Source: a virus
Lineage: Duplodnaviria; Caudoviricetes
IMG/VR virus record: IMGVR_UViG_3300020201_000020
Span: 1-60,060 of that record
DNA length: 60,060 nt
Reading direction: 5' to 3' (one strand)
Positions 47,142 to 56,147 of this stretch are shown in pieces. Position 1 is the stretch's first letter, and each line of letters starts with the position of its first letter. A program made the position numbers and the translations under genes. Under the pieces are notes generated by a model. The model worked only from the letters and a program-made list of their open reading frames with translations, had not been told where the DNA came from and did no database searches.

Positions 47142-47969
47142 ATGTCTAAAGATTTTTACATCAACGAATCTTCGTTTAAGGTTTGGCTCCCAGATGTGGA
47201 GTTCATCAAATCTTCAGACGCAGACAACGAGAAACATAATTCACGAAAAATTTCAGGCGTTATGACCACTCAACGGAAAGACCGTCAGGGTGAGGTTTTG
47301 GTAGCTAAGGGATTAGACTTCTCAGACTTCCTTTCCCATGGCCACTTCAACGACAACCATTCTCAGGGAACTGCAGACATCGTTGGTTACCCAGAAAAAG
47401 CAGACTTCCATTCAAACTTAAAATCATATAGTCAAAAACTTGACGACGTGCAAGGTTGGACTTGCGAAGGCTACGTTCTGAAAGGAACTAAAAAAGCTGA
47501 CGCTATTTGGGAGCTTGCTCTCGCCCTTCAAAACGTACCAAACAGAAGCCTAGGATTCTCGGTCGAAGGCAAAGTCGAAAGACGTGAGGATAAAACTATC
47601 GCTCGTGCTCGCATCAGAAATGTAGCTATCACGAATTGTCCGGTTAATACGGACTGCGACTGGTCGATCCTAGAGAAGTCTTTCTACGAGCCTGAATACG
47701 CCATGAAGTCCATGATGGCCGGTCATGCTACTGGCATCGACGCTTCCGGTGGTGGAGCAATCCGTGGTGAGTCTCTGGACGCAAAACTTAAAGATCTATC
47801 AGATTCAGATAAGAAGAAAAAAGCAAAATACGAAGCACTAAAGAGAGCATTGGAGTTCGATGATCTCATGAAGGCCGTTGATATTGTTTTAGAACGTAAA
47901 CCAACATGGGATGTAGACGCAGCAACGCTTCTCATCGCACATCTTTTCAAGAAGGGAGGCAAGCTATGA
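47142..47969 (+). CDS. prohead protease
   Basis: DRQGEVL, FNDNH, LGFSVEG, NVAITNCPVN. Confidence 0.92.
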   Translation: MSKDFYINESSFKVWLPDVEFIKSSDADNEKHNSRKISGVMTTQRKDRQGEVLVAKGLDFSDFLSHGHFNDNHSQGTADIVGYPEKADFHSNLKSYSQKLDDVQGWTCEGYVLKGTKKADAIWELALALQNVPNRSLGFSVEGKVERREDKTIARARIRNVAITNCPVNTDCDWSILEKSFYEPEYAMKSMMAGHATGIDASGGGAIRGESLDAKLKDLSDSDKKKKAKYEALKRALEFDDLMKAVDIVLERKPTWDVDAATLLIAHLFKKGGKL

Positions 47970-48199
47970 GTACACCAGAGCTAGGAAGACTTCCAGCAGC
48001 CGAGGCTAAAGAGCCTTTGCTATTGGACGAACCATCTAAGGTATCACAAGCAGTGCTGACGAAGTTAGACGAGGTCATCGACCGATTGAATGCTATCGCT
48101 GTTGCGATTGAAGTTTCAACCGACGGTGCTACTCTTCAGACTCAGTTAGATACTGCGGCGATTAAAGCAGAAATTAGTAAACTAAAATTCTTCATATAA
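47966..48199 (+). CDS. small head-region protein
   Basis: GGGAGG SD; ATGA coupling. Confidence 0.6.
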   Translation: MSTPELGRLPAAEAKEPLLLDEPSKVSQAVLTKLDEVIDRLNAIAVAIEVSTDGATLQTQLDTAAIKAEISKLKFFI

Positions 48200-48209
48200 G
48201 GAGGAAGCC

Positions 48210-49007
48210 ATGAGCAAAAAAGTAACAGAAGATGCTGTCCTCAAAGCACTCGCATCTTTGGATGCAGAACTAGGGGAAGACGTAGTCAAGGCATCAGACG
48301 ATGATCTTGATCAGCCAGAAGGTGCCGATCTCGGTAATCCCGCTAAAGACAAAATGTCAGCTGCTGCTAAGTCGAAAGACAGCAAGGAAGATGACAAACC
48401 TGCCTTTATGAAAGGTGACGAAGACGGCGAAGAGGAAGACGAAGACGAAAAACCAAACCCGTTTGAGAAAGGAAAGAAGATGAAAAAATCTTTCACGGAA
48501 GATATGCCGGAAGAAATTGAAACTAAGATCGACGTGTCTGAGTTTCTTAAATCATTGGTGAAGCATACAGGCGAAACAATTGACTCTTTAACAGAGTACG
48601 TTGTTAAGAGTGACAAGCATCATTCTGGCCGTTATGGGGAACTTGTTGGACAAGTTGAAGAGATCCAAAAATCTCAAGCTAAGATTGGTCTTGTTCTGAA
48701 AGCAATCTGCGAACAGATCGGCGTGGTAAAGTCAGCTCCTGCTCGTTCTACAAAGAGCGAAACAGTAGCTAAGTCTGCCCCAGTCGCTGAACGTAAGTTC
48801 AATTCAGGGTTAGAAAGCGAAGCTGCAGAAGAGAAAATGTTTAAGTCACTATCAGAAGACCCACGTATTGCTAAGTCACAAATGAGCGAAACTCTTTGCG
48901 ACCTAGTTAAATCAGGTCACGCTACCGATATGGACGTAATCACTTTCGAGTCTAACGGTTTCATCCGTCCAGAGCTTGTTGGTAAACTAAAAGAAAAACT
49001 TAACTAA
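48210..49007 (+). CDS. putative scaffolding protein
   Basis: acidic, lies between protease and MCP, many xxK[AS] sites. Confidence 0.7.
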   Translation: MSKKVTEDAVLKALASLDAELGEDVVKASDDDLDQPEGADLGNPAKDKMSAAAKSKDSKEDDKPAFMKGDEDGEEEDEDEKPNPFEKGKKMKKSFTEDMPEEIETKIDVSEFLKSLVKHTGETIDSLTEYVVKSDKHHSGRYGELVGQVEEIQKSQAKIGLVLKAICEQIGVVKSAPARSTKSETVAKSAPVAERKFNSGLESEAAEEKMFKSLSEDPRIAKSQMSETLCDLVKSGHATDMDVITFESNGFIRPELVGKLKEKLN

Positions 49008-49021
49008 TAAAGGAGTCCTAA

Positions 49022-50482
49022 ATGACGTATCCAATGGTTGATACTAAGAGCTTTGAAGGCCACGGCGAAGGCTTCGGTACTTCTTCTGCTCAAGATGTTC
49101 AAGATTTAAACAAAGCCTTAACTGCAGGTTACGCAGTTGATCCGGGAACACAAGCTGGTGGTGGTGCTCTTAGAGTTGAATCTCTAGATGCAACATTGAA
49201 GATTGTTTCTTTCCTTGAGAAGAACATTGTATTTTACAATGATATTCCAAAGACAAAAGCCTACAACACTGTTGAAGAGTATAACCTACTCAGCAAGTAC
49301 GGTGGACGTGGTGGTTTCTTTATTGAAGAGGGTGGACTACCCCGCACTGAAGATTCTAACTATCAACGTAAAGCAGCTTTCGTGAAGTTCATGGGTACTA
49401 CTCGTGAAATCTCTCACCCAATGTTGCTCGTTCGTCCAGCTCACGGAAACGTAGTAGCTCTTGAGACGAAGAACGGTGCTAAATGGATGCTTCAACGGAT
49501 GGAAGAGTCTCTTTTCTCTGCTGATAGCTCAATCATTTCTCAGTCGTTTGATGGTATCCACAAGCAATTGATTGATGGTTATTCAGATGTGAACACTGCT
49601 GGCGATGGAAAAGATGCCGTTTCTAACGAGCATGTTATCGATCTTCGTGGAAAGATTCTTTCTGAAGCTGTGTTTGAAGAAGTTGCTCGTATCCTTCTTG
49701 ATAACTACATGTACCCTACTCACTGTTATATGAGTAACGTGAACTCAACTGACTTCAACAAGTCATTCTTCTCTAAAGGAAGATACCAGATTCCTGTAGG
49801 AGCTGATGCTTCTGTTGGTTTCGTTGTTGATAAAGTTAAGACTTCTGGTGGTCTTGTTCAGTTACGCCCTGACGTGTTCTTGCGTGTAAACGTAACGGCT
49901 CCAATCAGTGCTGACAACGCTCTTGCTCCAACGGCTCCAGCTTCTGCTGTGATCCTTGCTCAAGCAGCAACGACTTCTCGTGGCTTCAAAGCTGCTGAAG
50001 TTGGAACATACATTTACGAAGTTACTGCGATTTCTAAATCAGGTGAGTCACAAGCGACTCCGGGTTCTGCCGCTGCAGTGGTTACTACTGGTAACAACGA
50101 AGTTAAAATCACGATTAGTCGTGGTGCTGTCTCTGGTAACGAGCTTACTCAGGGTTACAACATCTACCGTACTCGTCTTGAAGACGGCGTTGCTGGCAAG
50201 AGGTATCTTGTTCAAAAGATCGCTTCTGCGGGTGTGTCTACTATCTTCCTTGATGGTAACGAAAACCTTCCGGGCCATGGTGTTGCTTATATGGGTCAGC
50301 TTGATGAATCGGTTCTTACTCTTCGTGAGTTGTCACCGATGCTTAAGTTCCCTCTTGCGACCGTTGCTTCTTCAATCCGTTGGATGCAGTTGTACTACAA
50401 CACTCCAATCGTGTTCCGTCCTCGTGGATGGGTAATCATTAAGAACATCGGTTTCTTAAAGCAGCCTGACCTTAGCATCTAA
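49022..50482 (+). CDS. major capsid protein
   Basis: LNK|ALTAGY..GGGALRVESLD, EEYN, EGG.P, FDGI; Twort/K-type MCP. Confidence 0.95.
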   Translation: MTYPMVDTKSFEGHGEGFGTSSAQDVQDLNKALTAGYAVDPGTQAGGGALRVESLDATLKIVSFLEKNIVFYNDIPKTKAYNTVEEYNLLSKYGGRGGFFIEEGGLPRTEDSNYQRKAAFVKFMGTTREISHPMLLVRPAHGNVVALETKNGAKWMLQRMEESLFSADSSIISQSFDGIHKQLIDGYSDVNTAGDGKDAVSNEHVIDLRGKILSEAVFEEVARILLDNYMYPTHCYMSNVNSTDFNKSFFSKGRYQIPVGADASVGFVVDKVKTSGGLVQLRPDVFLRVNVTAPISADNALAPTAPASAVILAQAATTSRGFKAAEVGTYIYEVTAISKSGESQATPGSAAAVVTTGNNEVKITISRGAVSGNELTQGYNIYRTRLEDGVAGKRYLVQKIASAGVSTIFLDGNENLPGHGVAYMGQLDESVLTLRELSPMLKFPLATVASSIRWMQLYYNTPIVFRPRGWVIIKNIGFLKQPDLSI

Positions 50483-50494
50483 TTTTTAAAACTG

Positions 50495-50526
50495 GTGGGG
50501 GAGGAGAAATCCTCCCTCATTTAATT
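50495..50526 (+). terminator. rho-independent terminator
   Basis: GGGAGGA-GAAA-TCCTCCC stem-loop followed by a T-rich tract, after MCP. Confidence 0.8.
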
Positions 50527-50540
50527 AGCTTGGAGACCTC

Positions 50541-50930
50541 ATGAAACTTATCAACGTAGAATTGAAAGGCCTAAACTTCAACATTGGTGGACAAGACCAT
50601 CAAGCTGACGAGAAGGGCATCATAGAACTTGAAGACAAAGAAGCTGCAAAAGTTCTTTGTGAAACTGCCGGATTCAAACTTATTAGAAGTGGAAAGCCCG
50701 GTCTCGACGTAGAACCACCGAAAGACATTGCTCCTATCGTTCCAGAAGACGGCGACGAGTTGACCGAAGAAGAACTAGCTGACCTTGAGGCTGAAGCTGA
50801 ACTAGGCAAGCTCCCAGAGTCAGAAGTTACAGAAGAAGAAATCCCTGAACCAGAAATTAAACCAGAAGCAAAGCCAGAACCTAAACCTACTGGCAAATGG
50901 CTTCCGGGTAAAAACAATAAGCAAAAATAG
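50541..50930 (+). CDS. hypothetical acidic head-region protein
   Basis: GGAG SD. Confidence 0.65.
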   Translation: MKLINVELKGLNFNIGGQDHQADEKGIIELEDKEAAKVLCETAGFKLIRSGKPGLDVEPPKDIAPIVPEDGDELTEEELADLEAEAELGKLPESEVTEEEIPEPEIKPEAKPEPKPTGKWLPGKNNKQK

Positions 50931-50940
50931 AAGGTAGATC

Positions 50941-51321
50941 ATGACGCAAGAATATAATGACTTTGTAGGTTACCAGAACCCTGAGTCCTCAGAACATTCC
51001 GCTCCTGCGAAGTCTAAGAAAGTAATTTCTGGGCCTATGATCGTTCCCGCTGGTGCTGCTCCTGACGACAATAGAACTATTAATCCAATTCAAGCTGCCA
51101 CAGGGACGGAACTAGATCTTGTCCGTGGTAAGGCTTACAGACTAATTGCTTCGGTAGCTATTTACTTTAGACAGTCTGCTCAGGATGGTTCTGTCGCCGC
51201 TATTGGTGATATTTATTTACCGGCCAACACTCCTGTCATCATCAGTTCGTCAGAGTTTCCATTCGTGGCAACTTTAGCTTTCGCTGCTGCAGGGATCGTT
51301 CAGGCCGTTGAAGTGAGGTAG
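50941..51321 (+). CDS. putative virion protein
   Basis: AAGGT SD; beta-rich (DIYLPANTP). Confidence 0.6.
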   Translation: MTQEYNDFVGYQNPESSEHSAPAKSKKVISGPMIVPAGAAPDDNRTINPIQAATGTELDLVRGKAYRLIASVAIYFRQSAQDGSVAAIGDIYLPANTPVIISSSEFPFVATLAFAAAGIVQAVEVR

Positions 51322-51322
51322 T

Positions 51323-51547
51323 ATGGATTCTTTTTTCACAGTTAATTATCTTTTTGCATCATATTTGCAAACAAGAGAAGCTGGTGGACATAAGATCGTC
51401 AAGGTTGAAAAGGTTAAGCCCGGAAAGGCTAAGTTCTATTTTAACATTTCAGAGGATGAGGCTAAGACCCATCAGCTAAATTTTCACAATTCTCTCTGCT
51501 CTGAATTTGAACAAATAAGAAAACTCACCATCGACCTCGCCTACTAA
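51323..51547 (+). CDS. DUF5659-like small protein
   Basis: T.NYLFASYL...KAKFYF pattern. Confidence 0.55.
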   Translation: MDSFFTVNYLFASYLQTREAGGHKIVKVEKVKPGKAKFYFNISEDEAKTHQLNFHNSLCSEFEQIRKLTIDLAY

Positions 51548-51559
51548 GTTACTATTACC

Positions 51560-51588
51560 TAGACATATTGAAGAGTGAAATGTATCTT
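51560..51588 (+). promoter_or_regulatory. sigma70-like promoter for the HNH gene
   Basis: TAGACA-N17-TATCTT, then AAAGGAG. Confidence 0.5.
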
Positions 51589-51614
51589 TTGTAATCACAA
51601 CAAAGGAGCATTTC

Positions 51615-52268
51615 ATGGGTAGAGCATTTAGCGGATCAGAGCCGGTAGGGAAAACAAAGCTTTATAAAGTTTGGACAAGCATGAAGCAGAGATGTGTGAA
51701 TCCTTCAGACGAGGCTTATGAGAACTACGGAGGTAGAGGGATAACAGTCTGTGAATCATGGGCTAATGACTTCCACAGATTCAGAGTGTGGGCCGAGGAT
51801 CACGGTTACAGAGTAGGTCTCACGATAGACAGGGTTGATAATGATGCTGGCTACTGTCCTGAAAATTGCAGATGGACAGATCGACAGACTCAAAACGTGA
51901 ACAAACGTCAACGTGAAAGAATCCTCGAATTTAATGGAAAATCTGGAAACTATTCTTTCTGGGAAAACGACCTAAGAGATCTCGGCATCACACGCAACAC
52001 AATCAAGTCGAGACTGTGCTTTGGGTGGTCAATCGAGGACACGCTTACGAAGCCGATGCTAGGGCATGGCAAGGCTTCTAAGAAAGGTATTGGTTCTAAG
52101 AAATACACATTTAAAGGAGAGACGGGGACGGCTACCTTTTGGGCAAATAAAATTGGATGCAAATCGAGCGTTATTAACAGAAGATTAAGTGATGGATGGA
52201 GTGTCGAAAAGGCTCTAACGCACCCTTGGCGCAAGACCGTTTACGGTGAATCTTCCGACAAGGAGTAA
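51615..52268 (+). CDS. free-standing HNH-type homing endonuclease
   Basis: WTSMKQRC, YGGRGITVC, TIDRVDNDAGYCPENCRW; two GWS.E.AL repeats. Confidence 0.9.
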   Translation: MGRAFSGSEPVGKTKLYKVWTSMKQRCVNPSDEAYENYGGRGITVCESWANDFHRFRVWAEDHGYRVGLTIDRVDNDAGYCPENCRWTDRQTQNVNKRQRERILEFNGKSGNYSFWENDLRDLGITRNTIKSRLCFGWSIEDTLTKPMLGHGKASKKGIGSKKYTFKGETGTATFWANKIGCKSSVINRRLSDGWSVEKALTHPWRKTVYGESSDKE

Positions 52269-52278
52269 AGAGGTAACT

Positions 52279-52392
52279 ATGATTGAAGCAGTGGCCATCG
52301 AAAACACATCCATTCAAGCTGTCAGCATCACGTCCGATAAGTCTGATGCAATCTCAATTGAAAACACTAAGATAGAAGCCGTGGAGGAATAA
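52279..52392 (+). CDS. 37-aa protein with about 10-aa internal repeats
   Basis: GAGGT SD; MIEAVAIENTSIQAVSITSDKSDAISIENTKIEAVEE; TAATG coupling. Confidence 0.55.
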   Translation: MIEAVAIENTSIQAVSITSDKSDAISIENTKIEAVEE

Positions 52393-52733
52393 TGTCTTGT
52401 AAATCAACCTCATTCCAATTTTACGCTGGCGAAGATAAGACCCTTGAGCTTTCCCTTGTTACAAAAAACAACGGCTGCTCTGAGATATACCCATTGGTCT
52501 CTACGGACATAATTCAGGTTACCTTGGTTGCCCGTCCTGCTGACTTGGTCTTCACACAGCCTAGAGTCACGATAACGTCTGAGCCATACGGCTCGATAGC
52601 GATCGAACTAACGGCAGCAGAGACATTGCAGCTTCTAAGCGGTGCCATCATTGTGGAAGTGACTAGGGCTTCTAAGAAGAAAATTTTCGTAGTTGATGGT
52701 GGAGTTGAGAAGCTTACCATTTCAAACTGCTAA
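52392..52733 (+). CDS. BppU-N/Ig-like virion protein
   Basis: AGEDKTLEL...GSIAIELTAAET. Confidence 0.55.
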   Translation: MSCKSTSFQFYAGEDKTLELSLVTKNNGCSEIYPLVSTDIIQVTLVARPADLVFTQPRVTITSEPYGSIAIELTAAETLQLLSGAIIVEVTRASKKKIFVVDGGVEKLTISNC

Positions 52734-52742
52734 GGAATATTT

Positions 52743-53510
52743 ATGACGGAAGCAGTAAACCAGAAGCCATACGACGACGGACTAATCATAACCGTCAAGC
52801 AGCTTAAGTCTGTTTATCTTTTTGGAGTAAACCTTCAGGACGATGACGGGAATGAAATGCCGGATGAGCTTTTCAAGTTCTACATTCGTTCAGCACAGGA
52901 CTGGCTTGAGAAAGAGCTAGGCGGCGTTTTGCTTTGTGAAAAAGAAATCACAGAGTCCCATGACTACCACATGGCAGACTACCAATCGTTCGGACTTTTA
53001 AAGCTGTACAGAACCCCTGTTCAGGAAGTGTCAGAGTGTGGCTTCCAATTCCCATTGTCTGAGAACGCAACCAACTTCGATCCAAGCTGGTACCGTGTTG
53101 AGGGGTCGCTAATCAACCTCGTCCCAACACAGGGAACATTCTCCGCAATTGCTCTTTCACAAGGTGGAAACTTTCTACCTCTCCTTTCAGGGATGGGTTA
53201 TATCCCTCACTTTTGGAGAGTCAAATACAAGGCCGGATTTAAGAAGGGACAAGTCCCTGCGTCCATTCTGGACATCATAGGAATGAAAGCCGCCATGGGG
53301 CCACTTAACATCGCAGGGGATTTAATTGCTGGAGCGGGTATCGCTTCGAAGTCAATTTCTCTAGACGGACTTTCACAGTCAATCAGCACAACATCTTCGG
53401 CAACGAATGCTGGTTACGGTTCAAGAATTATTCAATACACAAAACAGATCGATAACCTTTTAGAAGGGTTACGTGAAAGATATCAGGGTATTAATTTTGT
53501 AACGGCTTAG
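52743..53510 (+). CDS. head-tail adaptor (neck) protein
   Basis: YLFG, VKYKAG, GIASKSISLDGLSQSISTTSSATNAGYG. Confidence 0.85.
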   Translation: MTEAVNQKPYDDGLIITVKQLKSVYLFGVNLQDDDGNEMPDELFKFYIRSAQDWLEKELGGVLLCEKEITESHDYHMADYQSFGLLKLYRTPVQEVSECGFQFPLSENATNFDPSWYRVEGSLINLVPTQGTFSAIALSQGGNFLPLLSGMGYIPHFWRVKYKAGFKKGQVPASILDIIGMKAAMGPLNIAGDLIAGAGIASKSISLDGLSQSISTTSSATNAGYGSRIIQYTKQIDNLLEGLRERYQGINFVTA

Positions 53511-53518
53511 GGAGTTTC

Positions 53519-54283
53519 ATGACCGAGAGTTTAAAGTTATCGTCAAACAAGACCTATCCAAAAAGAAAGAACGCCAAGCTCGGTACTGTTGACTTAATTC
53601 CACAAGAGTTTGAAAACCTAATCGAAGATCAAGGTATCAGAGTCCGTGTGACTGCTGCTGCCGTTTGTCCTAATAGAACAGAAGTCGAAGACACCAACCA
53701 TGCTCTAGATTGTCCTATATGTTTTGGCTCACAAGTCTTGGACATGCCTGAAACATGCTACGAGGATTGGGCCTTCGTTCAATCGGTCACGCTTGATAAG
53801 AAGATGGACGTTCAGGGCATTTGGGATATGAAAGATGCTCGCATCACATTCAAGCAGGGAATCCGTGTTAGCTACTGGTACAAAATTGAGATCTTGGATT
53901 TCGCTTCCGTGTTCAATGAAGTCATCAAAAGAAAATCCGGAAACATAGACAAGCTTCGTTATGAAGCCGCCAAGATGTGCGACACCCCTTATTACCTAGT
54001 AGACAAGCTTGGGAACAGATACGCTTTAAACGAGAACTATCGCATCGACGGTCGTGACCTTATTTGGATCACGCCAGCACGTCCTGCTGTGGGAACTCTT
54101 TACACTTTAATTTATCCAATTCTCCCGACGTTTAGAGTCCTAGAATTGATGCATGAGAATAGATATTATTACAGGTCGTTTAAGAGAGCTGCGAAAGAGC
54201 CTATCCAACTTCCACAGCAAGCACACCTTAGACTTGATTACCTAGCGAACAAAGCTGGGACAAACATACTGGTGGGCGAATGA
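53519..54283 (+). CDS. neck / head-completion protein
   Basis: CP...CPICFG; synteny. Confidence 0.75.
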   Translation: MTESLKLSSNKTYPKRKNAKLGTVDLIPQEFENLIEDQGIRVRVTAAAVCPNRTEVEDTNHALDCPICFGSQVLDMPETCYEDWAFVQSVTLDKKMDVQGIWDMKDARITFKQGIRVSYWYKIEILDFASVFNEVIKRKSGNIDKLRYEAAKMCDTPYYLVDKLGNRYALNENYRIDGRDLIWITPARPAVGTLYTLIYPILPTFRVLELMHENRYYYRSFKRAAKEPIQLPQQAHLRLDYLANKAGTNILVGE

Positions 54284-55050
54284 GTGTTTTTAACATCTCG
54301 ACCAGAGTAGAGCAGGATTACGGAATAGACTTCGACACGCTCTCGGCAGGGATGATAGCGTCTTTTAGTATGGCAATAGCTGGGCTTGCAGTCGCTGCCC
54401 AAGACCATTGGATCTCGCTCGCACAGTCACGCTTGAAGACTTCAAGAGCAGATTATATTAACGGCTTAAGACAGGCAGAAAGTTATAAGCGAACGACTAG
54501 TGCAACATCCGAGACGTTTACACTTACGCTTGTGGGACGGATGCCCAACAATTACGAGTTTGGAATGCCTTCTTTCGATATGAAGAGTGTTCGACCAGGA
54601 TGGTTGGGTGGTGCGAAAGCCCTGCGGGCCAAGGATGGCTCTTCTTATGTTGTGATTCCTATTCGACATTCAACGTCGAGTGAAACCAATATGGCCTACA
54701 CAGGGAAAGCTAAATCTGTTGGTGATCTCAAATCCCAATTAAGAAAAGCAGTTAAAGATTACGGATTAGACCGCATGATTAAAACAGCAACCGGACAAGT
54801 CGCCACGGGTGCCGTTTCTCGTATTCCAAAGACCGCTCCAGTTCATCCATATCTTAAAGGGCTTACAAGAATGCAGACCAAGAAAAAAGGCGGTGGGTCA
54901 TCTCAGTTGATTCGCTTTGCTATCATGTCTGAAAATTCGGATCCTTCATCTTGGATTCATCCGGGATTGAAGCCAGCGAACCTGTTGCCAGAAGTTGAGA
55001 CTTGGGTGGATAATCAATTAAATAATGTAATGGAGACTATACTAGGATGA
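54280..55050 (+). CDS. neck / tail-completion protein
   Basis: FDMK, YVVIPIRH, SENSDPSSWIHPG. Confidence 0.75.
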   Translation: MSVFNISTRVEQDYGIDFDTLSAGMIASFSMAIAGLAVAAQDHWISLAQSRLKTSRADYINGLRQAESYKRTTSATSETFTLTLVGRMPNNYEFGMPSFDMKSVRPGWLGGAKALRAKDGSSYVVIPIRHSTSSETNMAYTGKAKSVGDLKSQLRKAVKDYGLDRMIKTATGQVATGAVSRIPKTAPVHPYLKGLTRMQTKKKGGGSSQLIRFAIMSENSDPSSWIHPGLKPANLLPEVETWVDNQLNNVMETILG

Positions 55051-55856
55051 GTACTTTTATTGGTGGTGGGGCCTACGAATACCCACCAATTGAACCAGTC
55101 GTTGAAGAGTTTTACGGGATCTATCCTGTAGACTTTCTTTTGGAAACTATTCTGAAAGCAGGGCTTGAATGGTTTAGAACAGACCCAGCAGCTCCAAACT
55201 ATGTCTTTGGACATCTTAACTCTCCCTATCTTGCAAAATACGGACAGCCTAAAATTGATGAAATCGCTGCCTACATAAGAAAATACGACATCAAGATTGT
55301 TCAGTCATGGGCACTAATCGCCACAGCAGTTCCATGTATTTCTATCCAGCTTTTAGATGCTGGAGAGATGACGGAGCGAGCTGGGCTTGCTGACTTTGAA
55401 AGAATGGCAGACACAAAGAACCTAGACGGGGAAGTTATTGGCCGAAGAGAAGTGAGCTACTCACCGATCTCGGACAACATCCATTTAGGAATTCACTGCC
55501 AAGACTCTCCCGACCTAGCGAAGTACCTGTACTATCTGGTCGTGTACGTCCTTCACTCTTTCAAGCCCCAGCTTGAAACTCGTGGAATGATGCTAGGTAC
55601 TTTCAGGGCGACTGACCTTTCTCGCATGAACGAGTATCTCCCTGAAAACCTGTATTCAAGATTCATCAACTTTACGATATTCACCATCGCCTCTTTTGAT
55701 AAGGGTGTCGTTCCGATAATTGAGCAGTTCATGGGAATCAACGTCGCACCATCCTCCGCAGGAGATGCAGGTCTAAGTAAAGACCCAGACATTGATCCAG
55801 ATGAAGTGGTCGACGAGGATGGATTATTTATCTGTATTGGAGATAAAAATGAGTAA
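55047..55856 (+). CDS. tail terminator / completion protein
   Basis: position before sheath; PCISIQL. Confidence 0.65.
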   Translation: MSTFIGGGAYEYPPIEPVVEEFYGIYPVDFLLETILKAGLEWFRTDPAAPNYVFGHLNSPYLAKYGQPKIDEIAAYIRKYDIKIVQSWALIATAVPCISIQLLDAGEMTERAGLADFERMADTKNLDGEVIGRREVSYSPISDNIHLGIHCQDSPDLAKYLYYLVVYVLHSFKPQLETRGMMLGTFRATDLSRMNEYLPENLYSRFINFTIFTIASFDKGVVPIIEQFMGINVAPSSAGDAGLSKDPDIDPDEVVDEDGLFICIGDKNE

Positions 55857-56130
55857 AGAAGAAGAAAAAGTTGAAAAGTTTGAACGTAAGAAGCCAAGCA
55901 AGGTAGAAGTCATCAAGGCTTCAAAAATGCCTGACTGGCAGAAAAAACAGTTGATTGATAAACTTGAGGACAAAGCTGAGGACTTGGAAGGTAAAATCCC
56001 TTTCAATGTCTACGCCAAAATCAAGAAGCTTGGCGGGACTATGCAGAAAGCAATGACGGCATATCCAGAAGCTAAAAAAATTAGTTTGGCCACTATCGAA
56101 GAGTGGGATTTAATCTTTAAGAATTTTTAA
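55849..56130 (+). CDS. hypothetical protein upstream of sheath
   Basis: GGAG SD. Confidence 0.6.
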   Translation: MSKEEEKVEKFERKKPSKVEVIKASKMPDWQKKQLIDKLEDKAEDLEGKIPFNVYAKIKKLGGTMQKAMTAYPEAKKISLATIEEWDLIFKNF

Positions 56131-56147
56131 CCCTCAAGGAGTAAACA

